Part shown: one piece after another, positions 19,055-29,097 of the stretch
Layout: each line of letters begins with the position of its first letter
Numbering within the stretch: the stretch's first letter is position 1
The notes under the pieces: model-generated
The model's input: the letters and a program-made list of their open reading frames with translations, nothing else
Database searches by the model: none
What the model was told of the DNA's origin: nothing
Assembly (NCBI GenBank): GCA_965247115.1
Contig: CBDFGR010000003.1
Location: forward strand, 2,528,001-2,592,000
From: Myxococcota bacterium
GTDB lineage: Bacteria; Myxococcota_A; UBA9160; SZUA-336
DNA: 64,000 nt
Direction: 5' to 3'
Translations under genes and position numbers: made by a program

Positions 19055-20305
19055 TTGTTGCCCATTCCTCCTCGGTCGGTGGCCTCGGCCGATCCGTACA
19101 AGAACCCTGAGCTCTTTCGCTGGGCGGGAAGCATGGAGGGGCTTCCAGCCACTCCTGCCGCCGTCAGCGGGCGCGCTCGGTCCCCGTGGCAGGAGCGCGG
19201 GAACCAGCTGCTCGAAACGGTCGGGAGCATCCTCCCCGGCGTATCGATCGCCATCGGACTGGCGTTGGTGGGCCGGTTCGCGGCCGACCGGGCCGGCACG
19301 TCGCTGCTCGGCTTCGCGGAGTCCCCCGTCAGCCCGATCCTCGTCGCGATCTTGCTCGGACTGCTGATCCGCAACACGATCGGGATTCCCGTTGTCTACG
19401 ACGCCGGGCTGCAGCTCTGCCTGAAGCGGATCCTGCGCGTCGGCGTGGCGCTGCTCGGAATCCGCCTGAGCTTGAGTGCCGTGGGTTCCATCGGGCTACT
19501 GGCCCTTCCCATCGTCGTCACGTGCATCGCGACCGCGTTGCTCCTGGTGAGCGCGGTGAATCGCGCCGCGGGCCTGTCCCGACGACTCGGAACGCTCGTG
19601 GCCGTCGGCACCGCGATCTGCGGCAACACGGCCATCGCGGCAACGGCGCCGCTCATCCGGGCCGATGAGGACGAGACGAGCTACGCCATCGGCTGCGTCA
19701 CGCTCTTCGGACTCCTCGCGCTGCTCACGTACCCCTTCCTGTCTCACTGGCTCTTCGCCGGCGACCCTCGGCTCGCCGGGCTGTTCCTCGGGACCGCGAT
19801 CCATGACACCGCCCAGGTGGCGGGAGCGGGCCTGCTCTACGTCCAGCAGTTTGGAGCGCCCGAGGCGCTCGACACGGCAACGGTGACAAAGCTCCTCCGC
19901 AACCTGCTCATGCTCCTGGTGATCCCGCTGATGGGCGTCCTGTACGCCCGCTCCACGCCCGAGCAGACGACACGCTCCAGGCCGCGCTTCCTGCAGATGG
20001 TCCCGCTGTTTGTGTTCGGTTTCTTGGCGCTGGCACTTCTGCGCACGGTGGGCGACGTCGGGGCGACTCCTCTGGCGGGGCTCCTGTCCGAAGAGGACTG
20101 GCAGGGATTCATCCACACCGCCTCTCTCGGGTCGGCGTGGTGCCTGACCGTGGCCATGGCGGCGGTCGGCCTCGGAACGAATCTTCAGCGCCTGAAGATC
20201 CTCGGACTCAAGCCACTCGCGGTCGGCCTGACGGCGGCCCTGATCGTCGGCGTCGTCAGCGCCGCACTGATCCACCTCCTCGGTCCGTGGATTGGCTCAG
20301 CGTGA
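19055..20305 (+). CDS. YeiH family putative sulfate exporter
   Basis: Multiple TMs, GTAICGNTAIAA, GTAIHDTAQV, TVTKLLRN. Confidence 0.88.
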   Translation: MLPIPPRSVASADPYKNPELFRWAGSMEGLPATPAAVSGRARSPWQERGNQLLETVGSILPGVSIAIGLALVGRFAADRAGTSLLGFAESPVSPILVAILLGLLIRNTIGIPVVYDAGLQLCLKRILRVGVALLGIRLSLSAVGSIGLLALPIVVTCIATALLLVSAVNRAAGLSRRLGTLVAVGTAICGNTAIAATAPLIRADEDETSYAIGCVTLFGLLALLTYPFLSHWLFAGDPRLAGLFLGTAIHDTAQVAGAGLLYVQQFGAPEALDTATVTKLLRNLLMLLVIPLMGVLYARSTPEQTTRSRPRFLQMVPLFVFGFLALALLRTVGDVGATPLAGLLSEEDWQGFIHTASLGSAWCLTVAMAAVGLGTNLQRLKILGLKPLAVGLTAALIVGVVSAALIHLLGPWIGSA

Positions 20306-20374
20306 CCTGCTCGAGGCCGCTCCCCCGGTAGCGCTAGCCGATCGCCCTTCGCGGCGTCTCGCCGGCGAGCGCGA

Positions 20375-20812
20375 TCAACGCGGGGTGAGGCGGAAGAGCA
20401 AGGCGTTCTCTCGCTCCCGGCTCGAGGGCTCCCAGTCGTACTTGCTCTTGAGTGCCGCGATGAAGCTCTCCTTCTCGGCGTCGTCCTCGACGCGGACCGC
20501 GCGCAGCTCGTAGATCGTCTCGCCGACGCGCAGCCGCACGTTTGGATCCTCGGCGATGTACCCCACCCAGCGCGCGTCGCCGCCACCGGATGCGAGGTAG
20601 AAGCGGTCGCCGATTCCGGTGCCCCAGAGGTTGACCGAGTACGGGTCGGAAGGTCGGGTCTCGAGCTGGACGGTGTCCCGTGCATCTGCAAAGGACCAAT
20701 CGTCGGGCAGATCGGCTGCGAGGTTGCCCGACAGGGGTCCGCCGGGGAAGGGGCCCATCGGCCCACAGGCCAGCACGAGCGCGGAGATGGCCAGGAGGAC
20801 AGTCACCCTCAT
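20375..20812 (-). CDS. DUF2255 / split-barrel-like lipoprotein
   Basis: VLAC lipobox, GPFPGGPLSG, PYSVNLW, DPNVRLRVG. Confidence 0.7.
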   Translation of the reverse strand: MRVTVLLAISALVLACGPMGPFPGGPLSGNLAADLPDDWSFADARDTVQLETRPSDPYSVNLWGTGIGDRFYLASGGGDARWVGYIAEDPNVRLRVGETIYELRAVRVEDDAEKESFIAALKSKYDWEPSSRERENALLFRLTPR

Positions 20813-20816
20813 CGTT

Positions 20817-23213
20817 TCATGCGCCTCCGAGCAGACGGAACACCTGCTGGGGTCGGCTGATTCCCTTGAGCTCGAGGGTGCCCGCCGGCTCTGTCTCGAA
20901 ACCGTTCTTGAGCTCGGCGAGCACGCTCCCGCTCACCAGAACCTCGCCGCCGTCGGACGCGTCCGAGAGCCTGGCCGCCAGGTTGGTCACGTTGCCGATC
21001 ACGGCATAGTCTCGCCGTCCCTCGTAGCCGATGAAGCCGACCGTTGCGTAGCCCGTGTGGATGCCAAAGCCGACGTGGATATCGTAGCCCTTGCGTTGCC
21101 AGCTCTGGCGCAACCCCTCCACGTCTGCCCGCATCGCGATCGCCATGTGCCCAGCGCGCTGGACGTGATCCGGCTGCTCGACGGGATCGTTGAAGAAAAC
21201 CATGAATCCGTCGCCGGTGAAGCGTTCGAGCGTTCCGCCGTACTCCGCAATGCGAGCTCCGAGGGAATCGTGGTACTCGGCTAGCGTGGCAATGACCTCT
21301 TCCGGCTCGGCGCTCTCCGAGAATGACGTGAACCCGCGCAGGTCCGCGAAGAACACCGTCACCTGCTTGCGCCCAGTCTTCAGCTCTGCCGCACCACCCT
21401 CTGCCATGATCTGGTCGATGATCTGGGGTGAGAAGAAGCGCTTGAGATCCTGAATCTCGGCCTCCCGGGATTGAAGCTGCTGGATCGCCTCGACGCGCGA
21501 GAGAGCCTGTACGGCCTGCTGCCCCACACTGGAGAGCGCCTGGATCTCCGGCGCTTCATACGGGTCGCCAGTCGTCGCTGCTCCGACCGCCAGACCCCCG
21601 ATTACGCGACCCTCACGCAAGATCGGCACCAGCAGCTCTGCGTCGAGCCGGTCAAAGCCGGCATAGCAGTCCGCCTCGATGTTCGAGTACTGGGGCTCGA
21701 CGGCGATCTGGTCGCGAAGGATCTCCTTGCGCGTGGTCTCCATCAGCTTGATGAGCGTCTCTCCCGCCAGGGACGGCTCGCGCTCGAGGGGCAGACCCCC
21801 TGCGGCGCGCACGCGCTCGTCGGGACCGGCCGCGCCGGGAAGCAGGAAAGCGACGCTCGAGCGAGCATTGCACAGTCGCGGCGGGGCGCTCGCAACGGCG
21901 TCGAGCAACTCCTCGACGCTTGCCGGCAACGCCATCTCGGCACCGACTTCCTGCAGGAGCTCGGGGAAGCGAGCGCGCTTGGGGTAGATGCGCGCGGCCA
22001 GTCGGCGCTGAAAGCGCGGCCACCAGTAGAGCAGCGGGAAGAGCAGCAGCGACAGGGCGTAGGCTTGCACGGCCATGAGCACCAGGCCAATTCCCGTCAG
22101 GACTGTAGCGACCGCCGCGTAGGTGACGGCTTGCCTCGCGGCCGCACGGGCGTTCACGAGATTCTGACGCACCGAGATATAGCCCAACGGCAGGAAGAAG
22201 AACGCCATGGCCCAGTAGACCAGTCGCATGTCGAGTGCGAACCACTCCGTGGTATCGCGCAGGAGGGCCGCAGCTGCCGGAGGACTGCCGCCGAGAACAG
22301 CAGCGACGAGCAGGATGCGAGCGCGCTGCGCCACGAGAGGATCGCGCGTTCGGAAGCCGAGCGCGCTCGCGCGCACGATGAAAACGAGCACGGCGGCCGC
22401 CAGCAGAATCGTGTCCAGCGTTCCGATGTGACGGAACGGACCCCACCAGCCCAGTAAGAAGCCTTCCACCTGGAGCGCGCTGTGGAGGCCACCGACGCCG
22501 TAGAGGGCGAAGACCATGGAGCGTCGTCGGAGCAGCGGGTGAACGACGGGGAAGGCGAGCGCGGCGTGCAGCACGGAGAAGGGGATCAGCCCGGCCAGAC
22601 CGCTCAGGTAGATGCCCGGGAAGGTCGAGTCACCCTCCGGAAGGAGGGTGACCGTGACGAGGCTGCCTGTCACGCTGGCCAGCGTCAGGATCGCCCAGCT
22701 GGTCGCTTCGTAGGGACGCAGCGCGAAGCTCGTGACCGCCGTGGCCATGAAGATCAACGCCAGCAGGTCGATCAGGCCGTGCGTGAAGAGCGCGTCCTGC
22801 CAGGTCCACTCCGCCACGGGAATCGTGAGCTCGTGCACTTCCCCCCAGCGCTCGAAGCGGATCGTGTTGCTCGCGCCAGCCTCTCGGACCGCGAGCGCAT
22901 GCGACTGACGCTCGAAGTTCATGGGATCTACAGCGATCCCGTTGATGGCCAGCGCCCGCCCACCCCCGCGCAGCCCCATCTCGCTGGAGTCGAGCCGGGA
23001 GGGCGAGACCATCCCATGGAGGTCGGCGATCCAGCCGACGTCCGGCCGGCCGATGCGCTCCATCTTGTCCTGCGCCGAGAGACCCAGTGCGACCGCGTAG
23101 ACCACGAGCAGCGCGAAGAACAACAGCTTTTGGCCGGCACTACCGCTGAGAATGCCCAAGGCGTTCTCCTCCACTGGTAGTGTAAACTCCTGCCGGTAGG
23201 CAGGCATACTCAC
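20817..23213 (-). CDS. Membrane-bound class III adenylate/guanylate cyclase with GAF domain
   Basis: Multi-TM N-terminus, GAF-like LLVPILREGRVIGGL, FADLRGFT, TGDG, IGNVTNLAARL. Confidence 0.9.
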   Translation of the reverse strand: MSMPAYRQEFTLPVEENALGILSGSAGQKLLFFALLVVYAVALGLSAQDKMERIGRPDVGWIADLHGMVSPSRLDSSEMGLRGGGRALAINGIAVDPMNFERQSHALAVREAGASNTIRFERWGEVHELTIPVAEWTWQDALFTHGLIDLLALIFMATAVTSFALRPYEATSWAILTLASVTGSLVTVTLLPEGDSTFPGIYLSGLAGLIPFSVLHAALAFPVVHPLLRRRSMVFALYGVGGLHSALQVEGFLLGWWGPFRHIGTLDTILLAAAVLVFIVRASALGFRTRDPLVAQRARILLVAAVLGGSPPAAAALLRDTTEWFALDMRLVYWAMAFFFLPLGYISVRQNLVNARAAARQAVTYAAVATVLTGIGLVLMAVQAYALSLLLFPLLYWWPRFQRRLAARIYPKRARFPELLQEVGAEMALPASVEELLDAVASAPPRLCNARSSVAFLLPGAAGPDERVRAAGGLPLEREPSLAGETLIKLMETTRKEILRDQIAVEPQYSNIEADCYAGFDRLDAELLVPILREGRVIGGLAVGAATTGDPYEAPEIQALSSVGQQAVQALSRVEAIQQLQSREAEIQDLKRFFSPQIIDQIMAEGGAAELKTGRKQVTVFFADLRGFTSFSESAEPEEVIATLAEYHDSLGARIAEYGGTLERFTGDGFMVFFNDPVEQPDHVQRAGHMAIAMRADVEGLRQSWQRKGYDIHVGFGIHTGYATVGFIGYEGRRDYAVIGNVTNLAARLSDASDGGEVLVSGSVLAELKNGFETEPAGTLELKGISRPQQVFRLLGGA

Positions 23214-23233
23214 CTGCGCTCAGCTCTGGTTCC

Positions 23234-24628
23234 TCATCGTCTCAGGCTTCGGCCGCCAAGGAACGGGGCCCTGCGGTCGATCTGCCAGGTCTCGTCCAAC
23301 CCGCCGAAGTCGAAGCTCCCGCGACTGGCGACGTGCCCGGCAGCAGCGCGGTGATTGCGGTCGAAGTCTCTCAGCCGACAGAGGAAGCGCTTGCTGAACG
23401 GACGCGAGAGCTGCAACAGGCCGAACGACACCTCCTCGGGTCGTGCCCGGCGCGCGCGCTGCAGCCAGCGATTCGCCGCTCGAAAGACCGCATAGTTCTG
23501 GAGCCAGGCTTCGATGAAGAAAGCGGCTCGGACGAGCTGATCCAGGAGCGGCGTCCGCGGCAGACCGAGATAGGTCGCCAGCGCGTAGCGGTCTGCGTGC
23601 AAGTCGGTGTTCGCAACACTGGCCGGGGCTTCGTCCTTGAGAAAGTAGCGAATCAGGCTCGCCGGCAGCCGACGCGCGGAACGAAACCTGTACAGCGGCC
23701 AGGGCAGGCAGTCGTGCAGGAACTGCAGCAGCGCCGCCATCATCACCTGCCCGGCCTCGTTCGGCTGGTCGAGCTCGATCTGCCGCTCCTTGATGCTCTC
23801 GCTGAGCCGCCTTGCCTCTTCGATGTCATACGGCAAGAGGTCAGCATCCACTCCGAGGTGGCGGCCCACGGCGCACCAGATGTCCAGATAGGCCTGCTGA
23901 GTTTCCGCGTCGACGACAACGTGAAGCTTGCGCAGCCCTTCCAGCGTGAGAAGGGCGAACGCCATCAGGGTGCCAGCCGTATCCTCGTCGTTGATCGGCT
24001 CGCCGAGGGATCCGACATCCCAGCCCGTACTGATCTCGTTCTTGAGCAGGTAGCGCAGAGCCCCGTGCATCAGACGGACCTTCCGAGCCTCGCGCGTTCC
24101 CTTGCCGTTCCAAGCCAGGCCGCCGGGCGTGAGCACCTGCAAGACGAACTGGGTGGTCTCGGCCAGGCGGCGGTGCGGATCGTTCAACAGAAATCCGCTG
24201 CCTCGCAGCACGGTCACCCCGCGGTGTGCCGCATACGCGGAGGGCAGAGAGAACGCCGCCAGGCTCAACAGGATCTTGACCCCATGCTCGCGAAACAGCG
24301 CGTAGCCCAGCTGCGCCGAGGGGCTGACGGGGACGTTGGCAGGCTCCGCGAAGCGGCTATGCACATGCCCGTGGTCCGAGTACCAATCGCGTTTCTGGAG
24401 TGAGCTCAGGAGCTCCTCCCGGCAGCCATGCGTCTCGGTCTCGAGGCTCTCGACAGCTGCGGGAAAGTCGAAGTCGGTGAACTCCTGAAGCAAGCCGCGA
24501 ACGGCGGAGCCGGGCGACGAGCCTGCGGGGCGCGTTTCCACCACGTGGCACATGACGGCGTCCGACCAGACGTCGACCTCGAGGCGTTTTTGATTCAGGT
24601 CGACACCAGCGAACGGTCTTGTGACCAT
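23234..24628 (-). CDS. DUF2236 (MpaB/Lcp-like) oxygenase
   Basis: SLPSAYAA, RRLAETTQF, KVRLMHGALR, GEPINDED; start uncertain. Confidence 0.8.
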   Translation of the reverse strand: MVTRPFAGVDLNQKRLEVDVWSDAVMCHVVETRPAGSSPGSAVRGLLQEFTDFDFPAAVESLETETHGCREELLSSLQKRDWYSDHGHVHSRFAEPANVPVSPSAQLGYALFREHGVKILLSLAAFSLPSAYAAHRGVTVLRGSGFLLNDPHRRLAETTQFVLQVLTPGGLAWNGKGTREARKVRLMHGALRYLLKNEISTGWDVGSLGEPINDEDTAGTLMAFALLTLEGLRKLHVVVDAETQQAYLDIWCAVGRHLGVDADLLPYDIEEARRLSESIKERQIELDQPNEAGQVMMAALLQFLHDCLPWPLYRFRSARRLPASLIRYFLKDEAPASVANTDLHADRYALATYLGLPRTPLLDQLVRAAFFIEAWLQNYAVFRAANRWLQRARRARPEEVSFGLLQLSRPFSKRFLCRLRDFDRNHRAAAGHVASRGSFDFGGLDETWQIDRRAPFLGGRSLRR

Positions 24629-24736
24629 CGGAGGGAGAATTCTCCCATAGGGCCGAGTAGGTGGGAAGACCACCGCCTCGGCGGATCAGCTCGGCGTGTG
24701 AGAGAATGTCCCCGGCCGTGGGCTGGAGATCGTCGC

Positions 24737-26521
24737 GTGCCGACAGCGGAAGAGCTTCACCAGAGACCCGAAAAGACCACTCGCAGGTTGTCGGGGATCC
24801 TGAGTGCCGACGCCGTCGAGTACTCCCGCCTGATGGCGCGAGACGAGGACCAGACCATCCGCTCGCTGAAGGCCGCTCGCAACTTGCTGGGAGGCTTGAC
24901 CCTCCAGCACGGCGGACGCGTGGTCGACGCTGTGGGGGACAACCTGCTGGTCGACTTTGGCAGCGTGGTCGACGCCGTCGCATGCGCAGTTGCCTTTCAG
25001 AACGAGCTGGCCAAGCGCAACGAGGACATAGAACAGACCAGGCAAATGCGCTTCCGGATCGGCATCAACCTGGGTGATGTGGTCGTCGACGGCGATGAGA
25101 TCTACGGGGACGGGGTGAACATCGCGTCCCGGATTCAGGCACTGACGGAGCCCGGCGGCGTATCCGTGTCCGGTGGCGCCTACGAGCAGGTAGCCGGGAA
25201 GCTCGGGCTGCGCTTCGAGGACCTGGGGGAGTGTCAGGTCAAGAACATCCCGAGGCCGGTTCGCGTCTACAACATCGAGTTCTCCGACGAGCACGAGACC
25301 GCCGTTCGGCATACGGTGCCCGGATTTGCTGGACGACCTGCGATCGCCGTCCTGCCCTTCGACAACATCAGCGAGGATCCGAATCAAGCGTACCTCGCCG
25401 ACGGCCTGACCGAGGACCTCATCACGAGGTTGTCTGCCTGGCGGCGCCTCCCCGTCATCGCCCGGAACTCCACATTCGTCTACAGGGGCGCCGTAAACGT
25501 GCAGCAGGTGAGCCGGGAGCTGGGCGTCCGGTACGTCGTCGAGGGCAGCGTTCAGAAGACGGCGGAACGGGTTCGGGTGAGCGCCCAGCTGATCGACGCG
25601 ACCAGCGGTCACCACGTTGTCGCAGCACGCTACGACCAGGAGTTGCGCGACCTCTTCGAGCTGCAGGACGAGGTCACGGAACGAATCGTCGAGGCGATCG
25701 AGCCGGAGATCCGCCAGTACGAGCCGGAACGCGCGGCGCGGCAGGATCCGAGCAGCCTCGAAGCCTGGGACTGCGTGCAGCGCGCCGTGTGGCACCTCAT
25801 GCGGTATACGAGAGCGGACAACCAGAGGGCCGACTCGTGGCTGGGTCGCGCAAGCCAGCTTGCGCCCTTCTTTGCTCCCGCGCAGTACTTCTCGGCACTC
25901 AACGCACTGCACGCGGTCTTCTACGGCTGGACCGACTCGCCCGCTAAGAAACTCGACGCAGCGCTGGTGAATGCCGAGCGGGCCGCGGCTCTGGACGGGA
26001 ACGATTCTGCCGGCCACTCCATCCTGGGCGTGGTCTGCCTCTTCTTCGGGCAGGTGGACCGATCGCTCGAAGAGCATAGACGCGCGATCGAGCTGGACCC
26101 GAGCTTTGCGCTGGCCTACTGGGGACTGGGTCAGTCGCTCGTGTCTGCCGGCCGTCGTCCTCACGATGCGATCGCGATGATCGAGAAGGCCATCAGGCTC
26201 AGCCCGGCAGACGCGCTCACGAACGAGTTCCTCGCCGACATCGCGCTGGCGCAGTTCCAGGCGACCCGCTACGAGGACGCGCTGGCGAGCGCAAGGCGGA
26301 GCCTGCAGCTGAGTCGTGGTGCCAGTGCCTACCGGGCCTGGCCGCTGCTGGTGTCCAGCTACTCGCAGCTGGGGCGAGCGAAAGAGGCGAGCGCAGCGCT
26401 CGCAGAAGCCGAGCACATATCCCTGGCCACGATCGAAACCCTCCTCGGACGCATCACTGGAGACGCGGAGCTCAAAGAACGTCTGCTCGAAGGCCTGCGA
26501 AAGGCCGGGCTCAGCTCGTAG
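24737..26521 (+). CDS. Adenylate cyclase with TolB-N-like and TPR domains
   Basis: RRLSGILSAD, FRIGINLGD, GDGVNIASR, PAIAVLPFDN, TPR repeats; GTG start after GGAGA. Confidence 0.9.
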   Translation: MPTAEELHQRPEKTTRRLSGILSADAVEYSRLMARDEDQTIRSLKAARNLLGGLTLQHGGRVVDAVGDNLLVDFGSVVDAVACAVAFQNELAKRNEDIEQTRQMRFRIGINLGDVVVDGDEIYGDGVNIASRIQALTEPGGVSVSGGAYEQVAGKLGLRFEDLGECQVKNIPRPVRVYNIEFSDEHETAVRHTVPGFAGRPAIAVLPFDNISEDPNQAYLADGLTEDLITRLSAWRRLPVIARNSTFVYRGAVNVQQVSRELGVRYVVEGSVQKTAERVRVSAQLIDATSGHHVVAARYDQELRDLFELQDEVTERIVEAIEPEIRQYEPERAARQDPSSLEAWDCVQRAVWHLMRYTRADNQRADSWLGRASQLAPFFAPAQYFSALNALHAVFYGWTDSPAKKLDAALVNAERAAALDGNDSAGHSILGVVCLFFGQVDRSLEEHRRAIELDPSFALAYWGLGQSLVSAGRRPHDAIAMIEKAIRLSPADALTNEFLADIALAQFQATRYEDALASARRSLQLSRGASAYRAWPLLVSSYSQLGRAKEASAALAEAEHISLATIETLLGRITGDAELKERLLEGLRKAGLSS

Positions 26522-27455
26522 CGATCGCTCCGCTGGGTCGCGCGCCGGAGGATCCGAGCTTCGTAGCCGCGTTGTCCATGCTCTCGCAGCAGAGTCGAGC
26601 CGGCTCGAACGCTTCGCCCCACCGGCGGGCCTTGAAGTTGACCGTTGCGAGCCGCTCTCCGAGAAATCGGGTTTCCAGTTTGGCGTCGAGACCGGAGCCG
26701 TCCTCGGCGGGTAGGAGCTCGATCGTCTCGTTGAGAGTCGGGATGCGCAGCATGGCGAACGTCTCGCCCCGCGGGAGGAGCCAGTAGATGCCCGTGTCAC
26801 GCGAACGCCGGTCGGCGGTCGAGTTGCGAAGCCCGCCGCCCGGCAAGTTTGAGAGAGCGAACACCCAGGTGAGGTTTCCGCGCGGAAGGGGAACGGTCGA
26901 GGCGATGTGCGCGTACTCGCGTCCCTCTGTGATCGACTTGTAGAACTTGTAGGAGCCAACGATCATTGGCCTTCCGGTGTGACGCGAAACCCGCACCCAG
27001 GCCCTGTAGTCGGGCGTGTCATCCAGGTCCGCGTCCACCAGCTCGATCGAGCTGTCCAGAGGGGTAAACACCCCCTCCCCGAGGTCCGGCGGGAGCTCCA
27101 GAGCGCGAGCTTCGCTCAGCTGGCGTTGGAACGCGCGCGCCAGAGGGCGCAGCCACGTCCTCCGATTCGGATTCGCGTCCACGCCCAGGGTGAACGTGGA
27201 GGTCTCCTCGTAGAAAGCCGCGATGACGGGATCGATGCGCGTGGGCTCGAAACCACTCGCTCGGAAGGAGGCAAAGTCGTCGACCAGGCCTGCCGCTCCC
27301 TCTGGCTCAAGGATCTGGCCTCGAACCGCCGCTGCAAGGCGCACGAAGAAGTCGCTGTCGACGAGGTCGCGATCGAGATGGAACGCGGTGGCGAAGGAAA
27401 ACCACGGGAACTTCAGGCCCCATCCGTTCCGACTCAGGAGAAACGATGCAGGCAC
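26511..27455 (-). CDS. Hypothetical protein (YndJ-like C-terminal region)
   Basis: IDPVIAAFYEETS, RAWVR, TVPLPRGN; GTG start with GGAGG. Confidence 0.6.
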   Translation of the reverse strand: MPASFLLSRNGWGLKFPWFSFATAFHLDRDLVDSDFFVRLAAAVRGQILEPEGAAGLVDDFASFRASGFEPTRIDPVIAAFYEETSTFTLGVDANPNRRTWLRPLARAFQRQLSEARALELPPDLGEGVFTPLDSSIELVDADLDDTPDYRAWVRVSRHTGRPMIVGSYKFYKSITEGREYAHIASTVPLPRGNLTWVFALSNLPGGGLRNSTADRRSRDTGIYWLLPRGETFAMLRIPTLNETIELLPAEDGSGLDAKLETRFLGERLATVNFKARRWGEAFEPARLCCESMDNAATKLGSSGARPSGAIATS

Positions 27456-27493
27456 TGGCCCTCCGGAATCGAGTGAGTCTGCAACTGAGCGCG

Positions 27494-29026
27494 CTAGCGG
27501 ACCGGGGCAGTCAAGCCTTCGTCTATCATCCGGGCGGTCAGCTCGGGCGTCCGGGTCAGGGCCCGCTTGGTGAACGGGCTCCAGAGCAGCCGCAGGATGT
27601 CCGCCCACTTCATGTGCCGACTGAACTGGCGCAACAGCCGGAAGGTCTGGAGCGGTCGGAACGTGAGCCGCTTCGCGAACAGCAGCATATACCCCTTCTG
27701 GCGCGCCCGGTTGACGACCTCGCTCGGCAGCACCGTCGGGTCGATGTCGGAGCACTTGAACCACTTGCTCCAGTCGCGAGCGTCGTCGATGATCCCCCGT
27801 CTGATGTACTCCCCCCAGAGCGGGGTCCCCCGGTAGACGCAGAGCCGGTTGAAGCCGAACGTGTCCAGCTTGAGCTTGGCCGCGAAGCGGAAGCTCTGCA
27901 CGATGTCGGCCTCTGTCTCGTCGGGCGAGCCGATCAGGAAGAAGCCGTGCGCGGTCGCGATCCCGCTGCGCTTCGCCTCGGCCACGGCCTTCTCGATCTG
28001 CTCCAGGTTCTGCATCTTCTTCAGGCGCTCGAGCACCTTCTGCGTGCCCGACTCCACGCCGAAGGCCAGGAAGCCGCAGTTGGCCTGCGCCATGAGCGGG
28101 AACTGATCGACGGCCACGGAGTCTACGCGACCCTCGCAGCCCCAGCGGAACTCCAGCTTGCGATCGATGATGCCCTGGCAGATCTCCTCGATGCGCTTCC
28201 GCTTCAGCAGGAAGTGGTCATCGGTCAGGTAGATGGAGCGGTAGCCCTCGTCGCTCAGCTGCTGCATCTCGCCCAGCACGTGCTTAGGCGAGCGGTGGCG
28301 CCACTTGCCGTCGGCGAGTGCGGGGATGTCACAGTAGACACAGGGATAGGGACAGCCCCGCGACGTCTGCATCGTGCAGAAGCGGTCGAGCGAGAGTACA
28401 GCCGGGACGTCGAGGGGCATCGACTCGATGTAGTCGATCGGCAGGCTCTTGCGGTCCGCGTAGGGGAAACGGTCCAGATCGCGGAGGATCGGCCTGGCCG
28501 GATTCTCAACGATCTCGTCGCCCGAGCGCCAGACCAGGCCCGCGACGGCGCCCGGATCGTGCACGTGATCCAGGTAATCGGGAAGCAGGTCCTCGCCCTC
28601 TCCACGTCCCACGCAGTCGGCATATGGGCAATCCGCCAGCATCTGCCGCGCGTTCATCGTCGCGTATACCCCCCCGAGGATGATCGGGATGTCCGGGGCC
28701 ACCTCCTTGAGCCGCCGCGCCATGCTGTAGGTCGCTGGATAGGAGGTTGTGGAAAGGAAGGACAGTGCGATAACGTCGGGCCGCTCTTCGGTCACCGCCC
28801 CAGCGATGTCGGCCTCTCGCATCCGCGGGTGACACGTGTCGAACATCCGGACCTCGTGACCGTGTTCGCGCACGACCGGAGCCAGCGTCTCGATCCCGAT
28901 CGGAGGGAACGCCATCACCTTGATGCGGCCGTCGACCTCGCCGCCACCCAGCTCCTGGGGCAGGAGCGCGTAGTAGTCCTCGTCCCGAACGTAGATCAGA
29001 AAGATCTTCACTGAGCCGCCTCCCAT
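27494..29026 (-). CDS. B12-binding domain radical SAM protein
   Basis: PIILGGVYAT, GEGE, TSRGCPYPCVYC, FGVESGTQ. Confidence 0.93.
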   Translation of the reverse strand: MGGGSVKIFLIYVRDEDYYALLPQELGGGEVDGRIKVMAFPPIGIETLAPVVREHGHEVRMFDTCHPRMREADIAGAVTEERPDVIALSFLSTTSYPATYSMARRLKEVAPDIPIILGGVYATMNARQMLADCPYADCVGRGEGEDLLPDYLDHVHDPGAVAGLVWRSGDEIVENPARPILRDLDRFPYADRKSLPIDYIESMPLDVPAVLSLDRFCTMQTSRGCPYPCVYCDIPALADGKWRHRSPKHVLGEMQQLSDEGYRSIYLTDDHFLLKRKRIEEICQGIIDRKLEFRWGCEGRVDSVAVDQFPLMAQANCGFLAFGVESGTQKVLERLKKMQNLEQIEKAVAEAKRSGIATAHGFFLIGSPDETEADIVQSFRFAAKLKLDTFGFNRLCVYRGTPLWGEYIRRGIIDDARDWSKWFKCSDIDPTVLPSEVVNRARQKGYMLLFAKRLTFRPLQTFRLLRQFSRHMKWADILRLLWSPFTKRALTRTPELTARMIDEGLTAPVR

Positions 29027-29097
29027 TGCTCCTGATTTCGCGGCGGGCAGTATAGTGCGTGCTGCGCTGCCCCGCTCTTAGCCCGCTAGCGCCTCGA

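Noticed and set aside
24686..26959. Long antisense ORFs (also 34532-36073, 27446-29014, 53923-55569, 48672-49817, 9533-11269)
   Set aside because: Shadow ORFs of real genes in high-GC DNA, with no recognisable motifs.
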